A stretch of DNA of 39,538 nucleotides, from positions 1 through 39,538 of the forward strand of contig DATAFP010000192.1 in assembly GCA_036257415.1 (NCBI GenBank), written 5' to 3'. Position 1 is the first letter of the stretch. Every line of letters starts with the position of its first letter. Under the pieces are notes generated by a model, which saw nothing but the letters and a program-made list of their open reading frames with translations, searched no databases and was not told where the DNA came from. Made by a program: the position numbers and the translations under genes. Of the stretch, positions 26,108 through 35,182 are shown in pieces. The DNA comes from Gemmatimonadales bacterium (lineage in GTDB: Bacteria; Gemmatimonadota; Gemmatimonadetes; Gemmatimonadales; GWC2-71-9).

Positions 26108-28430
26108 ACCGAGTCACGCCGCCGGCGCCGTGGCGCCGGCAACGCACGCCGAGCCGTTCCCGGGTGAGCGTCCGGTATCTCCCGAGGTGGTGCGAGAGCA
26201 CAACCTCAACCAGCTCGAATACGAGCGCATTCTCGCCCTGCTCGGCCGCACGCCGACCTTGACCGAGCTCGGCATCTTCTCGGCGCTCTGGTCGGAACAC
26301 TGCTCGTACAAACACTCCAAGCTGGTGCTCAAGACGTTTCCCACCGCCGGGCCCAACGTCGTGCAGGGCCCCGGCGAGAATGCGGGCGTGCTGCGGCTGC
26401 CCGACGGGTGGGCCGTCGCGTTCAAGATCGAATCCCACAACCATCCCTCGGCGGTCGAGCCATACCAGGGCGCGGCCACCGGTGTCGGCGGCATCCTGCG
26501 CGATGTGTTCACCATGGGGGCCCGTCCCGTGGCGGTGCTGAATAGCCTGCGGTTCGGCCCCCTGGACCTGCCGCGAAATCGGTATCTCTTCGCCGGCGTG
26601 GTGCGGGGCGTGGGTGATTACGGCAACTGCGTTGGCGTGCCGACGCTCGGCGGCGAGGTGGGATTCGCGCCGGGCTACACCGGCAATCCGCTGGTGAACG
26701 CGATGTGCGTCGGGCTGCTTCGCGAGGATGACCTGATCCGCGCCCGCGCCCACGGCGTCGGCAACGTTCTCCTCGCGGTGGGCTCCCGCACCGGACGGGA
26801 CGGCATTCACGGCGCCAGCTTCGCCTCCGAGGAGCTGTCGGAGAAGAGCGAAGCGCGCCGGCCTCAAGTGCAGGTGGGGGATCCGTTCACCGAGAAGCTG
26901 CTGCTCGAGGCAACGCTGGAGCTCATCGAGTCGAACCTGATCGTCGCGGTGCAGGACATGGGCGCCGCGGGCCTCACCAGCTCCTCGGCGGAGATGGCGG
27001 CACGAGGCGGGGTGGGCGTGGAGCTCGACACCAGCCTCGTGCCGGTGCGCGAAGAGGGGATGACCCCATACGAAATCATGTTGTCGGAGTCGCAGGAAAG
27101 AATGCTGGTCGTCGCGGAACCCGGCCGCGTCGCCGAGATCCAGGCCGTGTGTGCCAAGTGGGAGCTGGGTGCTACGCCGGTGGGTCGCGTAACCGACGAC
27201 GGCATCTTCCGCGTGGTGCACGAGGGCCGCGTGGTGGCGGCGATTCCCGGTCAGCCGCTGGTCGACGACTGTCCGGTGTACAATCCGGCCGCCCGCGAGG
27301 GCGCCGAGGCTCGAGTCCGTCGCGCGGCCGTTCCCGCCGCCCCTTCGCCGGTCGACCTCCGGACCGCACTCGAGCGCCTGCTCGATGCGCCCAACATTGC
27401 GAGCAAGCGGTGGGTGTACGAGCAGTACGACTCCACCGTGCAGGCGGCGACCGCCCTCGGCCCAGGCGGCGATGCCGGCGTGCTGCAGGTGACCGGCACT
27501 GGATTCGGGCTCGCGCTGACCGTGGACTGCAACGCGCGCCTGGTTGCGCTCGATCCCTACGAGGGCGGCAAGGCCGTCGTCGCCGAGGCCGCGCGAAACA
27601 TCGCGTGCACCGGGGCCGTGCCGCTCGGCATCACCGACTGCCTGAACTTCGGCAACCCCGAGAAGCCTGAGGTGTTCTTCCAGTTCCGCGAAGCTTGCCG
27701 CGGAATCGCCGATGCCTGCCGCGCATTCGACACCCCGGTGACGGGCGGCAACGTATCGTTCTACAATGAAAGTCCGGGCGGCGCCGTGGATCCGACGCCG
27801 ACGGTCGGCATGGTCGGCTTGCTCCCCCGCATCGAGGACCGGATCCCGAGCCATTTCCGCCAGCCGGGCGATACCATCATCCTGCTCGGAGAGACCCGTG
27901 GCGAATTGGGAGGCTCGGCCTACTGGGCGGAGCTGCTCGGATTCGTAGGTGGCCGGCCCGCCCGGGTGGATCTCGAAGCCGAACGTCGTCTCCAGCGCCT
28001 CTTGGCTGACGCCGCGCGGTTGCATCTGCTCCGCTCCGCGCACGACGTTTCAGAGGGAGGGATCGCCGTCTCGCTGGCGGAGGCGGCACTCGGCGGACCG
28101 TACGCCGCGCGCGGATCAGGCGCCGAGGTGGACCTCACGAGCTACGGCGGATCGCTGGATCCGGAGGCGCTGCTCTTCGGCGAGGACGGCGCGCGGGTCG
28201 TCGCGTCATCCCCGGCGGCCGCCGCGTCCGAGCTGCTGGCGCTGGCCAGCCGGCACGACGTTCCAGCGTACCGCGTCGGAACCGTCGGTGAGCCCGGCGC
28301 CCGGCTGGAACTCCGGACCGGGGGGAGAGTGTTTACCTGGCCTATCGACGATTTGAGGCGGATCTACTACGACGCGATCCCTCGGCGGATGGCGCACGCC
28401 GACCTGGAAGACCGCGCCGCGGAGAGCTAG
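26100..28430 (+). CDS. purL: Phosphoribosylformylglycinamidine synthase subunit PurL
   Basis: [40 protein letters not shown] and full-length family resemblance. The start is non-ATG (TTG 26100) and overlaps the upstream stop, so it is somewhat uncertain. Confidence 0.92.
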   Translation: MAEPSHAAGAVAPATHAEPFPGERPVSPEVVREHNLNQLEYERILALLGRTPTLTELGIFSALWSEHCSYKHSKLVLKTFPTAGPNVVQGPGENAGVLRLPDGWAVAFKIESHNHPSAVEPYQGAATGVGGILRDVFTMGARPVAVLNSLRFGPLDLPRNRYLFAGVVRGVGDYGNCVGVPTLGGEVGFAPGYTGNPLVNAMCVGLLREDDLIRARAHGVGNVLLAVGSRTGRDGIHGASFASEELSEKSEARRPQVQVGDPFTEKLLLEATLELIESNLIVAVQDMGAAGLTSSSAEMAARGGVGVELDTSLVPVREEGMTPYEIMLSESQERMLVVAEPGRVAEIQAVCAKWELGATPVGRVTDDGIFRVVHEGRVVAAIPGQPLVDDCPVYNPAAREGAEARVRRAAVPAAPSPVDLRTALERLLDAPNIASKRWVYEQYDSTVQAATALGPGGDAGVLQVTGTGFGLALTVDCNARLVALDPYEGGKAVVAEAARNIACTGAVPLGITDCLNFGNPEKPEVFFQFREACRGIADACRAFDTPVTGGNVSFYNESPGGAVDPTPTVGMVGLLPRIEDRIPSHFRQPGDTIILLGETRGELGGSAYWAELLGFVGGRPARVDLEAERRLQRLLADAARLHLLRSAHDVSEGGIAVSLAEAALGGPYAARGSGAEVDLTSYGGSLDPEALLFGEDGARVVASSPAAAASELLALASRHDVPAYRVGTVGEPGARLELRTGGRVFTWPIDDLRRIYYDAIPRRMAHADLEDRAAES

Positions 28431-28433
28431 GGA

Positions 28434-29828
28434 ATGTGCGGGATTTTCGGTGTGTCCGGTCTGGCGGACGCGGCCAGAATGACCTACCTCGGTCTCTATG
28501 CCCTGCAGCATCGGGGGCAGGAGAGCGCGGGCATCGTCGCGATAGACCGCGACGGGACGGCCCGCTCGCACCGGGGAATGGGCTTGGTCTCCGAGAACTT
28601 CGAGGAGGCAGACCTCGCACGGCTTCCGGGCGATGTGGCCGTCGGCCACACACGGTATTCGACCACCGGCAGTACGGTGCTGGCGAATGCCCAGCCCTGC
28701 AGCGTGAACACCCGCTGCGGCCCGCTCGCCATCGCGCACAACGGCAATCTGGTCAACGCGCCGGAGCTCAAGCGCGAGCTGGTCGAGCGGGGAGCCATTT
28801 TCACCACGTCGAGCGACACCGAGGTCCTGGTCCACCTCATCGCCCGCTCCGGCGCGTCCACCGTCGAGGGCCAGATCCGTGATGCGCTGGAGCAGGTCGA
28901 CGGCGCCTACAGTCTCATCATCACCGTCGGGCGCACCATGTTCGCGGCGGTGGATAGCCGTGGTTTCCGGCCTCTGGTGCTCGGCCGCCTCGGCAGCGGT
29001 ATGGTGGTCGGCTCCGAAACCTGCGCGCTCGACCTGGTGGGAGCTTCGCCCGCGTGCGAGTTGCAACCCGGTGACTTCGTCCGGATCGATGACGGCCGCA
29101 TCACCCACCTGCCTCGACTGGCACCACGCCCGGTCAGCCGCTGCGTCTTCGAGCTGGTGTACTTCGCTCGGCCGGACAGCACCGTCTTCGGCGAATCGGT
29201 GGACCGGGTGCGCCGCGAGCTGGGCCGCCAGCTGGCGCGCGAGCAGCCGGCGCCCGGCGCCGAAGTGGTGTTCAGCGTGCCGGACAGCTCCAACGCGATG
29301 GCGCTCGGCTACGCCGATGCATCCGGTATCCGGCTCGAGCATGGTCTGATCCGGAACCACTACGTGGGACGCACCTTCATCAATCCCACGCAGGCGCTCC
29401 GGGTAGCCAAGGTCCGCATCAAGTTCAATCCGGTGCGGGAGGTGATCGAGGGGCGATCGGTGGTGGTGGTGGATGACAGCCTGGTGCGGGGAAACACCAG
29501 TAAGGAGCTGGTGCACATGATCCGGAGCGCCGGTGCGCGGCAGGTGCACTTGAGGCTGGGATCCCCGCCGATCACGGGGCCGTGCCATTACGGCATCGAC
29601 ACTCCAACCCGCGAGGAGTTGATCGCGGCGACCCATTCGCAAGAGGAGATCCGCCGCTTCCTCGGCGTGGACACGCTGGGCTACTTGTCGCTCGACGGCA
29701 TGCTCAAGGCGGCGGGAAGCGCCACTGGGTTCTGTCACGCGTGCTTCTCCGGCCAGTATCCCACCGAGATTCCGGACGACCTGGTGCAGCTTCGTCACAT
29801 GTCGCCGTTGATCGCTACGCCGGCATGA
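28434..29828 (+). CDS. purF: Amidophosphoribosyltransferase
   Basis: MCGIFGV N-terminal Cys nucleophile, LQHRGQESAGI, VVVDDSLVRGNT PRPP loop and a C-terminal Cys cluster. Confidence 0.95.
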   Translation: MCGIFGVSGLADAARMTYLGLYALQHRGQESAGIVAIDRDGTARSHRGMGLVSENFEEADLARLPGDVAVGHTRYSTTGSTVLANAQPCSVNTRCGPLAIAHNGNLVNAPELKRELVERGAIFTTSSDTEVLVHLIARSGASTVEGQIRDALEQVDGAYSLIITVGRTMFAAVDSRGFRPLVLGRLGSGMVVGSETCALDLVGASPACELQPGDFVRIDDGRITHLPRLAPRPVSRCVFELVYFARPDSTVFGESVDRVRRELGRQLAREQPAPGAEVVFSVPDSSNAMALGYADASGIRLEHGLIRNHYVGRTFINPTQALRVAKVRIKFNPVREVIEGRSVVVVDDSLVRGNTSKELVHMIRSAGARQVHLRLGSPPITGPCHYGIDTPTREELIAATHSQEEIRRFLGVDTLGYLSLDGMLKAAGSATGFCHACFSGQYPTEIPDDLVQLRHMSPLIATPA

Positions 29829-32491
29829 GCGGCCCTTACGCCCAGCCACTGGTCTGGTTCTTCGGCCAGGGGCGGGCCGACGGGACGGCCGCCATGAAAG
29901 ACGCACTGGGCGGCAAAGGCGCCGGGCTCGCCGAGATGACGACGCTCGGCATCCCGGTCCCTCCCGGCTTCACGATTGGCACGGCGCTCTGCAATACCTA
30001 CCTCCAAACCCACCAGTTCCCAGTACGGCTCCGAACTCAGGTCGATCAGGCACTTGCCCGACTTGAGGCCGCCACCGGCAAGCACTTTGGCGGCGCCGAC
30101 CGGCCGCTACTGGTATCGGTGCGCTCCGGCGCTCCGGTGTCGATGCCCGGCATGATGGAGACGATCCTCAACCTCGGGCTTAACGACGAGACCGTGGAGG
30201 GACTGGCCGCGCAGAGCGGGAATCCCGCCTTCGCCTGGGACTCGTACCGACGCTTCGTGCAGATGTATGGCAGCGTGGTGTTCGAGCTTCCCCGGGGACC
30301 GATGGAGCGGCGGCTGGAGGAGCGCCGCCGAGCCTGTGGTGTGGCGCGGGACATCGACCTCCCGGTACCCGCCATGCAGGGACTGGTCCGCGAATTCAAG
30401 GAGCACGTGCACAGCGAGACCGGCAAGCGGTTTCCGGAACAGGCGCTGGACCAGCTCTGGGGCGCCATCTCCGCGGTGTTCGAGAGCTGGAACACCCGCC
30501 GGGCCATCGATTATCGGAAGCTGCACGGCATTCCCGATTCGATGGGCACCGCTGTGAACGTCGTCGCGATGGTATTCGGCAACATCGGCGAGGACTCGGG
30601 GACCGGGGTGGCGTTCACCCGCGACCCATCGACCGGCGAGCCACGGCTGTACGGCGAGTATCTGCTCAACGCGCAGGGCGAGGACGTGGTATCGGGCAGC
30701 CGCACACCGGAGCCGATCGCGAGCCTGCGCGACCGGCTTCCGGCCGCGTTCGGCGAGCTGGAGCGCACGGCCCGGACGCTGGAGCGTCACTTCCGCGACG
30801 TCCAGGATCTCGAGTTCACCATCGAGCGCGGCGTCCTGTACATGCTGCAGACCCGGCGGGCGCAACGCTCCGGCGCGGCGGCGGTGCGTATCGCGTGCGA
30901 CATGGTGGACGAAGGGGTGATCTCGCGCGAGGAAGCGGTGGCCCGGATTCCACCCACCGACCTCGATCAGCTGCTCCACCCCACTATCGATGCATCAAGT
31001 CGCCTCGACTTGCTCGCGACGGGACTGCCGGCATCACCCGGCGCGGCGTGCGGCACCGCTGTGTTCGACGCCGACGAGGCGGAGCGGCTCGGGCGCAGCG
31101 GGCAGGCGGTCATCCTGGTTCGCCGGGAAACCTCGCCCGAGGACTTCCATGGAATGGTGATGGCGAAGGCGGTCCTGACGGCGCGAGGCGGCATGACGTC
31201 GCATGCGGCCGTGGTGGCCCGCGGCATGGGGAAACCGTGCGTGGCCGGAGCCTCGGCTGTCTCGGTGGACGAGCACCAGCGCTGCTTCTCGGTGGACGGT
31301 CGCGTGGTGCGGTGGGGTGAGTGGATTACCCTGGACGGGGCCACCGGAAGGATCTACGCCGGGCAGGCGAAGCTGATCGAGCCTTCATTGAGCGAGCCGT
31401 TCCGCCGCATCATGGGCTGGGCGGACGCAGTCCGGCAGCTTCGGGTTCGGGTCAACGCCGATACCCCGGCCGACGCGCATCGGGGACGGGATTTCGGGGC
31501 CGAGGGCATCGGCCTCTGCCGCACGGAGCACATGTTCTTCGAGGGCGAGCGCATCCTTGCGATGCGCGAGATGATTCTGGCCGGCGACGTCGAGGGGCGC
31601 CGCCGTGCCCTCGACAGGCTGCTGCCCATGCAGCGGGCGGACTTCGAGGCGATTTTCCGGGCGATGGAGGGATTCCCGGTCACGATCCGGCTGCTCGATC
31701 CGCCCCTCCACGAGTTCCTTCCCCGCGAAGACGCCGAGGTCGAGCTGGTCGCCAGGGAGATGGCGCGGCCGGTCGCGGAGATCCGCCGGGCGGTAGATGC
31801 ACTCAGCGAAGTGAATCCCATGCTGGGCCTCCGTGGATGCCGGCTGGGCATTCTGCACCCGGAGATCACCGAAATGCAGGCGCGCGCCATCTTCGAGGCG
31901 GCGTGCGCCGTGGCCGCGCGCAAGGGACGCGTGATGCCGGAAGTGATGGTCCCCTTCACGGCCAACGCCGTCGAGTTCCGGAAGCAGGCCATCATCGTGC
32001 GGCGGATCGCCGCCGACGTATTCACCGAACAGCAGATCACCGTGCCGTATCTGCTGGGAACCATGATCGAGCTGCCCCGAGCGGCGGTGACGGCCGACGA
32101 GCTCGCCCTCGAGGCGCAGTTCTTCTCCTTTGGCACGAACGATCTCACGCAGACGACCTGGGGACTGTCGCGTGACGACGCCGGGAAGTTCCTGCCCCTC
32201 TACATCGAGCAGGGCATCATTCCGGATGATCCATTCCAGGTGCTGGATCAGACCGGCGTGGGCAAGCTCATTCAGCTGGGTTGCGAGCTCGGCCGGAAGA
32301 CCAGACCCGATCTCAAGCTCGGCATCTGCGGCGAGCACGGCGGTGAGCCGGCCGCGGTGGCTTTCTGTGACCGGCTGGGCATGAACTACGTCTCCTGCTC
32401 TCCCTATCGCGTTCCAATCGCGCGCCTCGCGGCGGCCCAGTCCGCACTCGCCGAACGTGGGACGATGGACCGGACCCGGAGCACTGTCTGA
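29825..32491 (+). CDS. ppdK: Pyruvate, phosphate dikinase
   Basis: GGKGAGLAEM, catalytic His loop GGMTSHAAVVARGMGKPCV, LCRTEHMFF and FSFGTNDLTQ. ATGA overlap with the purF stop (29825..29828). The track ORF start at 29582 is an upstream extension. Confidence 0.93.
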   Translation: MSGPYAQPLVWFFGQGRADGTAAMKDALGGKGAGLAEMTTLGIPVPPGFTIGTALCNTYLQTHQFPVRLRTQVDQALARLEAATGKHFGGADRPLLVSVRSGAPVSMPGMMETILNLGLNDETVEGLAAQSGNPAFAWDSYRRFVQMYGSVVFELPRGPMERRLEERRRACGVARDIDLPVPAMQGLVREFKEHVHSETGKRFPEQALDQLWGAISAVFESWNTRRAIDYRKLHGIPDSMGTAVNVVAMVFGNIGEDSGTGVAFTRDPSTGEPRLYGEYLLNAQGEDVVSGSRTPEPIASLRDRLPAAFGELERTARTLERHFRDVQDLEFTIERGVLYMLQTRRAQRSGAAAVRIACDMVDEGVISREEAVARIPPTDLDQLLHPTIDASSRLDLLATGLPASPGAACGTAVFDADEAERLGRSGQAVILVRRETSPEDFHGMVMAKAVLTARGGMTSHAAVVARGMGKPCVAGASAVSVDEHQRCFSVDGRVVRWGEWITLDGATGRIYAGQAKLIEPSLSEPFRRIMGWADAVRQLRVRVNADTPADAHRGRDFGAEGIGLCRTEHMFFEGERILAMREMILAGDVEGRRRALDRLLPMQRADFEAIFRAMEGFPVTIRLLDPPLHEFLPREDAEVELVAREMARPVAEIRRAVDALSEVNPMLGLRGCRLGILHPEITEMQARAIFEAACAVAARKGRVMPEVMVPFTANAVEFRKQAIIVRRIAADVFTEQQITVPYLLGTMIELPRAAVTADELALEAQFFSFGTNDLTQTTWGLSRDDAGKFLPLYIEQGIIPDDPFQVLDQTGVGKLIQLGCELGRKTRPDLKLGICGEHGGEPAAVAFCDRLGMNYVSCSPYRVPIARLAAAQSALAERGTMDRTRSTV

Positions 32492-32494
32492 CGG

Positions 32495-32797
32495 TCACGC
32501 GCGGGCGAACACCTCCAGCAGGCCGGCTGGGTCAAAGTCGCCACGCGGCCCGGGGAACCGCTGGTCAGTCAACTCCAGGTCTTCGATCTCGGTCACGATC
32601 AGCGTGCGCCATCCTGGTATGCTGCCGCTCCGGCTCGTCCCGCCAGTCTGATAGCCATACAGCACCGGCTCGCCCGCTTCGTGCAGCCCCACGATATGAG
32701 GCTCGACGGTTCGCTGGTGCCCCTGATAGGTCAACTCCACCACCCGGTGCTCCTGCACGGCCCTTATCAGCCGTTGACCCCGTGTTTCGCCTTCCAT
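32495..32797 (-). CDS. Small stand-alone WYL-like domain protein (hypothetical)
   Basis: 100 aa from ATG 32797. RVVELTYQGHQRTVEPHIVGLHEAGEPVLYGYQTGGTSRSGSIPGWRTLIVTEIEDLELTDQRF follows the WYL-type pattern (Y-x-G-x-R-x-V-E-P, then W-R-x-f-x-v-x-x-I-x-x-L-E-x-x-x-x-x-F). Recognised by pattern memory only. Confidence 0.5.
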   Translation of the reverse strand: MEGETRGQRLIRAVQEHRVVELTYQGHQRTVEPHIVGLHEAGEPVLYGYQTGGTSRSGSIPGWRTLIVTEIEDLELTDQRFPGPRGDFDPAGLLEVFARA

Positions 32798-32852
32798 TTG
32801 GCAGTGCTCCGCTAAATTTGTGCTCACCTCAGGGCCGAATCCGGAATCATCC

Positions 32853-33347
32853 ATGACGCAGCCCCTCGTGGGGATAGTAATGGGCAGCGAATCCGACTGG
32901 TCCGTGATGCAGGCGGCGGCGCGCCGCCTGGTGCAGTTCAACGTGGCCCACGAGGCCCGCGTCGTGTCCGCACATCGAACCCCGGACCTGCTTTACCAGT
33001 ACGCAGGCGAGGCGGTCTCGCGCGGACTTCGCTGCATCATCGCCGGCGCCGGCGGGGCCGCCCATCTGCCGGGTATGCTGGCCGCCCGCACCTCCATCCC
33101 GGTGCTCGGCGTCCCAATTCCCACCAAACATCTGCAGGGCCTCGACTCGCTGTTGTCGATCGTGCAGATGCCGGCCGGCGTCCCGGTCGCCACCTTTGCC
33201 ATCGGCGAATCCGGGGCGGCCAACGCGGCACTTTTCGCCGTTGCGTTGCTGGCCGCTGGCGACCCCCCACTCGCCCGCAGGCTGGAAGACTTTCGCACGG
33301 CCGAGACCGAACGCGTGCTTCGCCTCAGACTGCCCGATCCGGCGTGA
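32853..33347 (+). CDS. purE: N5-carboxyaminoimidazole ribonucleotide mutase
   Basis: VGIVMGSESDW, VVSAHRTPD, AGGAAHLPGM and GVPIP motifs. ATG 32853. Confidence 0.93.
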   Translation: MTQPLVGIVMGSESDWSVMQAAARRLVQFNVAHEARVVSAHRTPDLLYQYAGEAVSRGLRCIIAGAGGAAHLPGMLAARTSIPVLGVPIPTKHLQGLDSLLSIVQMPAGVPVATFAIGESGAANAALFAVALLAAGDPPLARRLEDFRTAETERVLRLRLPDPA

Positions 33348-34483
33348 TCCTGCCCGGCGCCACCCTCGGCGTGCTCGGCGGCGGGCAGCTGGGACGGATG
33401 TTCACCATGCGGGCTCGGGAAATGGGCTATCGAGTCATCGTGCTGGAGCCTGACGCCGGTAGCCCGGCCGGCGCGGTCGCGGACCGACACATCCAGGCAG
33501 CATACGACGATCCCGCCGCGCTCGACTTGCTCGCCTCGGAATGCGCCGCCATCACGATTGAATTCGAGAACGTTCCGGCCGGCGCTCTGCAACGACTTGC
33601 TCAAACGATTCCGGTGCGGCCGTCCGCGGAAGCGGTTTCCGTGGCGCAGGACCGGATTCGCGAGAAGACCTTCCTCCGCGACCATGGCTTCGGAATGGCG
33701 CCGTTCTGCCCGGTGACAAACGGCGACGAGCTGGCGGCGGCGTTTGAGTCGGTGGGCGCTCCGGCGCTCCTCAAGACCAGCCGCCTCGGCTACGACGGCA
33801 AGGGCCAGCTGCCCATCGGAACGCTCGCGGACCTCGGGACGGCCTTCGGCAACTTCGGCGGAGTTCCGTGCGTACTGGAGCAAAGGCTCGATCTCGAGGC
33901 CGAGCTCTCGGTGGTCCTGGTGCGCGGCACCGACGGCGGCACAGTGCCGTTTCCGGCCGGAGAGAATTGTCATCGAGCCGGCATTCTGGACACCACCGTC
34001 GTACCGGCGCGGATCGGCCACGCGCTCGCCACCGAGGCCGCGCAGCTGGCCGCAGCAGTGGCGGCGCGGCTCGAATATGTAGGCGTGCTGGCCGTCGAGC
34101 TGTTTGTGGCCCGCGGCGGGAGGCTGTTCGTTAACGAGATCGCGCCGCGGCCGCACAATTCCGGGCACTACACGCTGGACGCCTGCGTGACCGATCAATT
34201 CGAGCAACAGGTGCGGGCGCTGTGCGAGCTGCCACTGGGGTCGCCCGCACTGCTCTCGCCGGTCGCGATGGTCAACGTGCTCGGCGACGTGTGGGCCGGC
34301 GGCCCGCCTCGATGGGATCGAGCTCTGGCGCTACCGGGCGTGAAGCTGCACCTGTACGGCAAGGCCGAGCCGCGGCCCGGCCGGAAGATGGGTCACCTGA
34401 ACTGCATGGCCGGCACGGCGGATGATGCTTTGGCGTTGGCGCGCCGCGCCTACGCCGGGCTGCTTGACCACCCTTCACCCTGA
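33344..34483 (+). CDS. purK: N5-carboxyaminoimidazole ribonucleotide synthase (ATP-grasp)
   Basis: LGVLGGGQLGRM, ITIEFENV, VNEIAPRPHNSGH and KMGHL motifs. GTGA overlap with the purE stop (33344..33347). Confidence 0.92.
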   Translation: MILPGATLGVLGGGQLGRMFTMRAREMGYRVIVLEPDAGSPAGAVADRHIQAAYDDPAALDLLASECAAITIEFENVPAGALQRLAQTIPVRPSAEAVSVAQDRIREKTFLRDHGFGMAPFCPVTNGDELAAAFESVGAPALLKTSRLGYDGKGQLPIGTLADLGTAFGNFGGVPCVLEQRLDLEAELSVVLVRGTDGGTVPFPAGENCHRAGILDTTVVPARIGHALATEAAQLAAAVAARLEYVGVLAVELFVARGGRLFVNEIAPRPHNSGHYTLDACVTDQFEQQVRALCELPLGSPALLSPVAMVNVLGDVWAGGPPRWDRALALPGVKLHLYGKAEPRPGRKMGHLNCMAGTADDALALARRAYAGLLDHPSP

Positions 34484-34493
34484 GATCGGAACC

Positions 34494-35087
34494 ATGAAGA
34501 CATTATTGCTCCTCACCACGCTGGCTTCGCTCATCCCACCCGCTCCGGCGGGGTCTCGACCGCTTGCAGCGAAGGACCCCGCGTGCATCACGATGAACAC
34601 GCAAGATCTTCCCCTGGACAAGCGTAAGAGCCCGCTCGACTCGCTCTCGTTTACGGTCGGCGGCAAGGTCGCCAAGGTCTGCTACGGACGGCCGTCGCTC
34701 AGGGGACGGCAGATGCTGGGCGGTGACGCGGTGCCGTTCGGGAAGATCTGGCGCACCGGCGCGAACGAGCCCACGATGATCCATACCACCGGACCCATCA
34801 CCCTCGCCGGAATCAAGGTTCCCGCCGGCAGCTATTCGCTCTACACCGTCCCCGGCAAGACCGAGTGGGAGGTCGTGGTGAACCGCTCGATTACGCAGTG
34901 GGGCGAGGAATCGAACTACACCGACGCGGTCAAGAAGCAGGAGCTCGGACGCGCCAAGGTCAAGCCGGAGAGCGTGTCGACTCCGGTCGAGCAATTCACT
35001 ATCCGCGCAGAGCCCGCGAGCGGAGACGCCAAGGCCCTGGTGCTGGAGTGGGAGAAGACGCGGGTGCGGATTCCGGTGGGGGCGTAG
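34494..35087 (+). CDS. Secreted DUF2911-like protein
   Basis: Signal peptide MKTLLLLTTLASL. YGRPSLRGRQMLGGDAVPFGKIWRTGANEPT...AGSYSLY...WEVVVN matches my recollection of the DUF2911 family pattern. Confidence 0.65.
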   Translation: MKTLLLLTTLASLIPPAPAGSRPLAAKDPACITMNTQDLPLDKRKSPLDSLSFTVGGKVAKVCYGRPSLRGRQMLGGDAVPFGKIWRTGANEPTMIHTTGPITLAGIKVPAGSYSLYTVPGKTEWEVVVNRSITQWGEESNYTDAVKKQELGRAKVKPESVSTPVEQFTIRAEPASGDAKALVLEWEKTRVRIPVGA

Positions 35088-35095
35088 GGAGAACG

Positions 35096-35171
35096 GAGAC
35101 AAGACACGAGAGACAAGAGACGAGTAGGACCCTACTTGTCTTCTTGTCTCTTGTCTCTCGTCTCTTGTCTC
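35096..35171. repeat. Long imperfect palindrome built from GAGACAAGA-type units, between convergent genes
   Basis: 35096..35117 pairs with 35150..35171 (22 bp, 1 mismatch). An inner stem pairs 35118..35128 with 35131..35141 (with G-T pairs), and the right arm has an 8-nt bulge. The left arm is purine-rich and the right arm pyrimidine-rich. It fills nearly the whole 95-nt gap between the stops at 35087 and 35183. Confidence 0.7.
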
Positions 35172-35182
35172 TGGGCCTCTCG

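Noticed and set aside
32798-32815. TTGGCAGTGCTCCGCT upstream of purE, considered as a sigma54 -24/-12 promoter (TGGCAC-N5-TTGC).
   Set aside because: The GG-to-GC spacing is one base short of the fixed sigma54 spacing, and the -12 element (CCGC) does not match TTGC.
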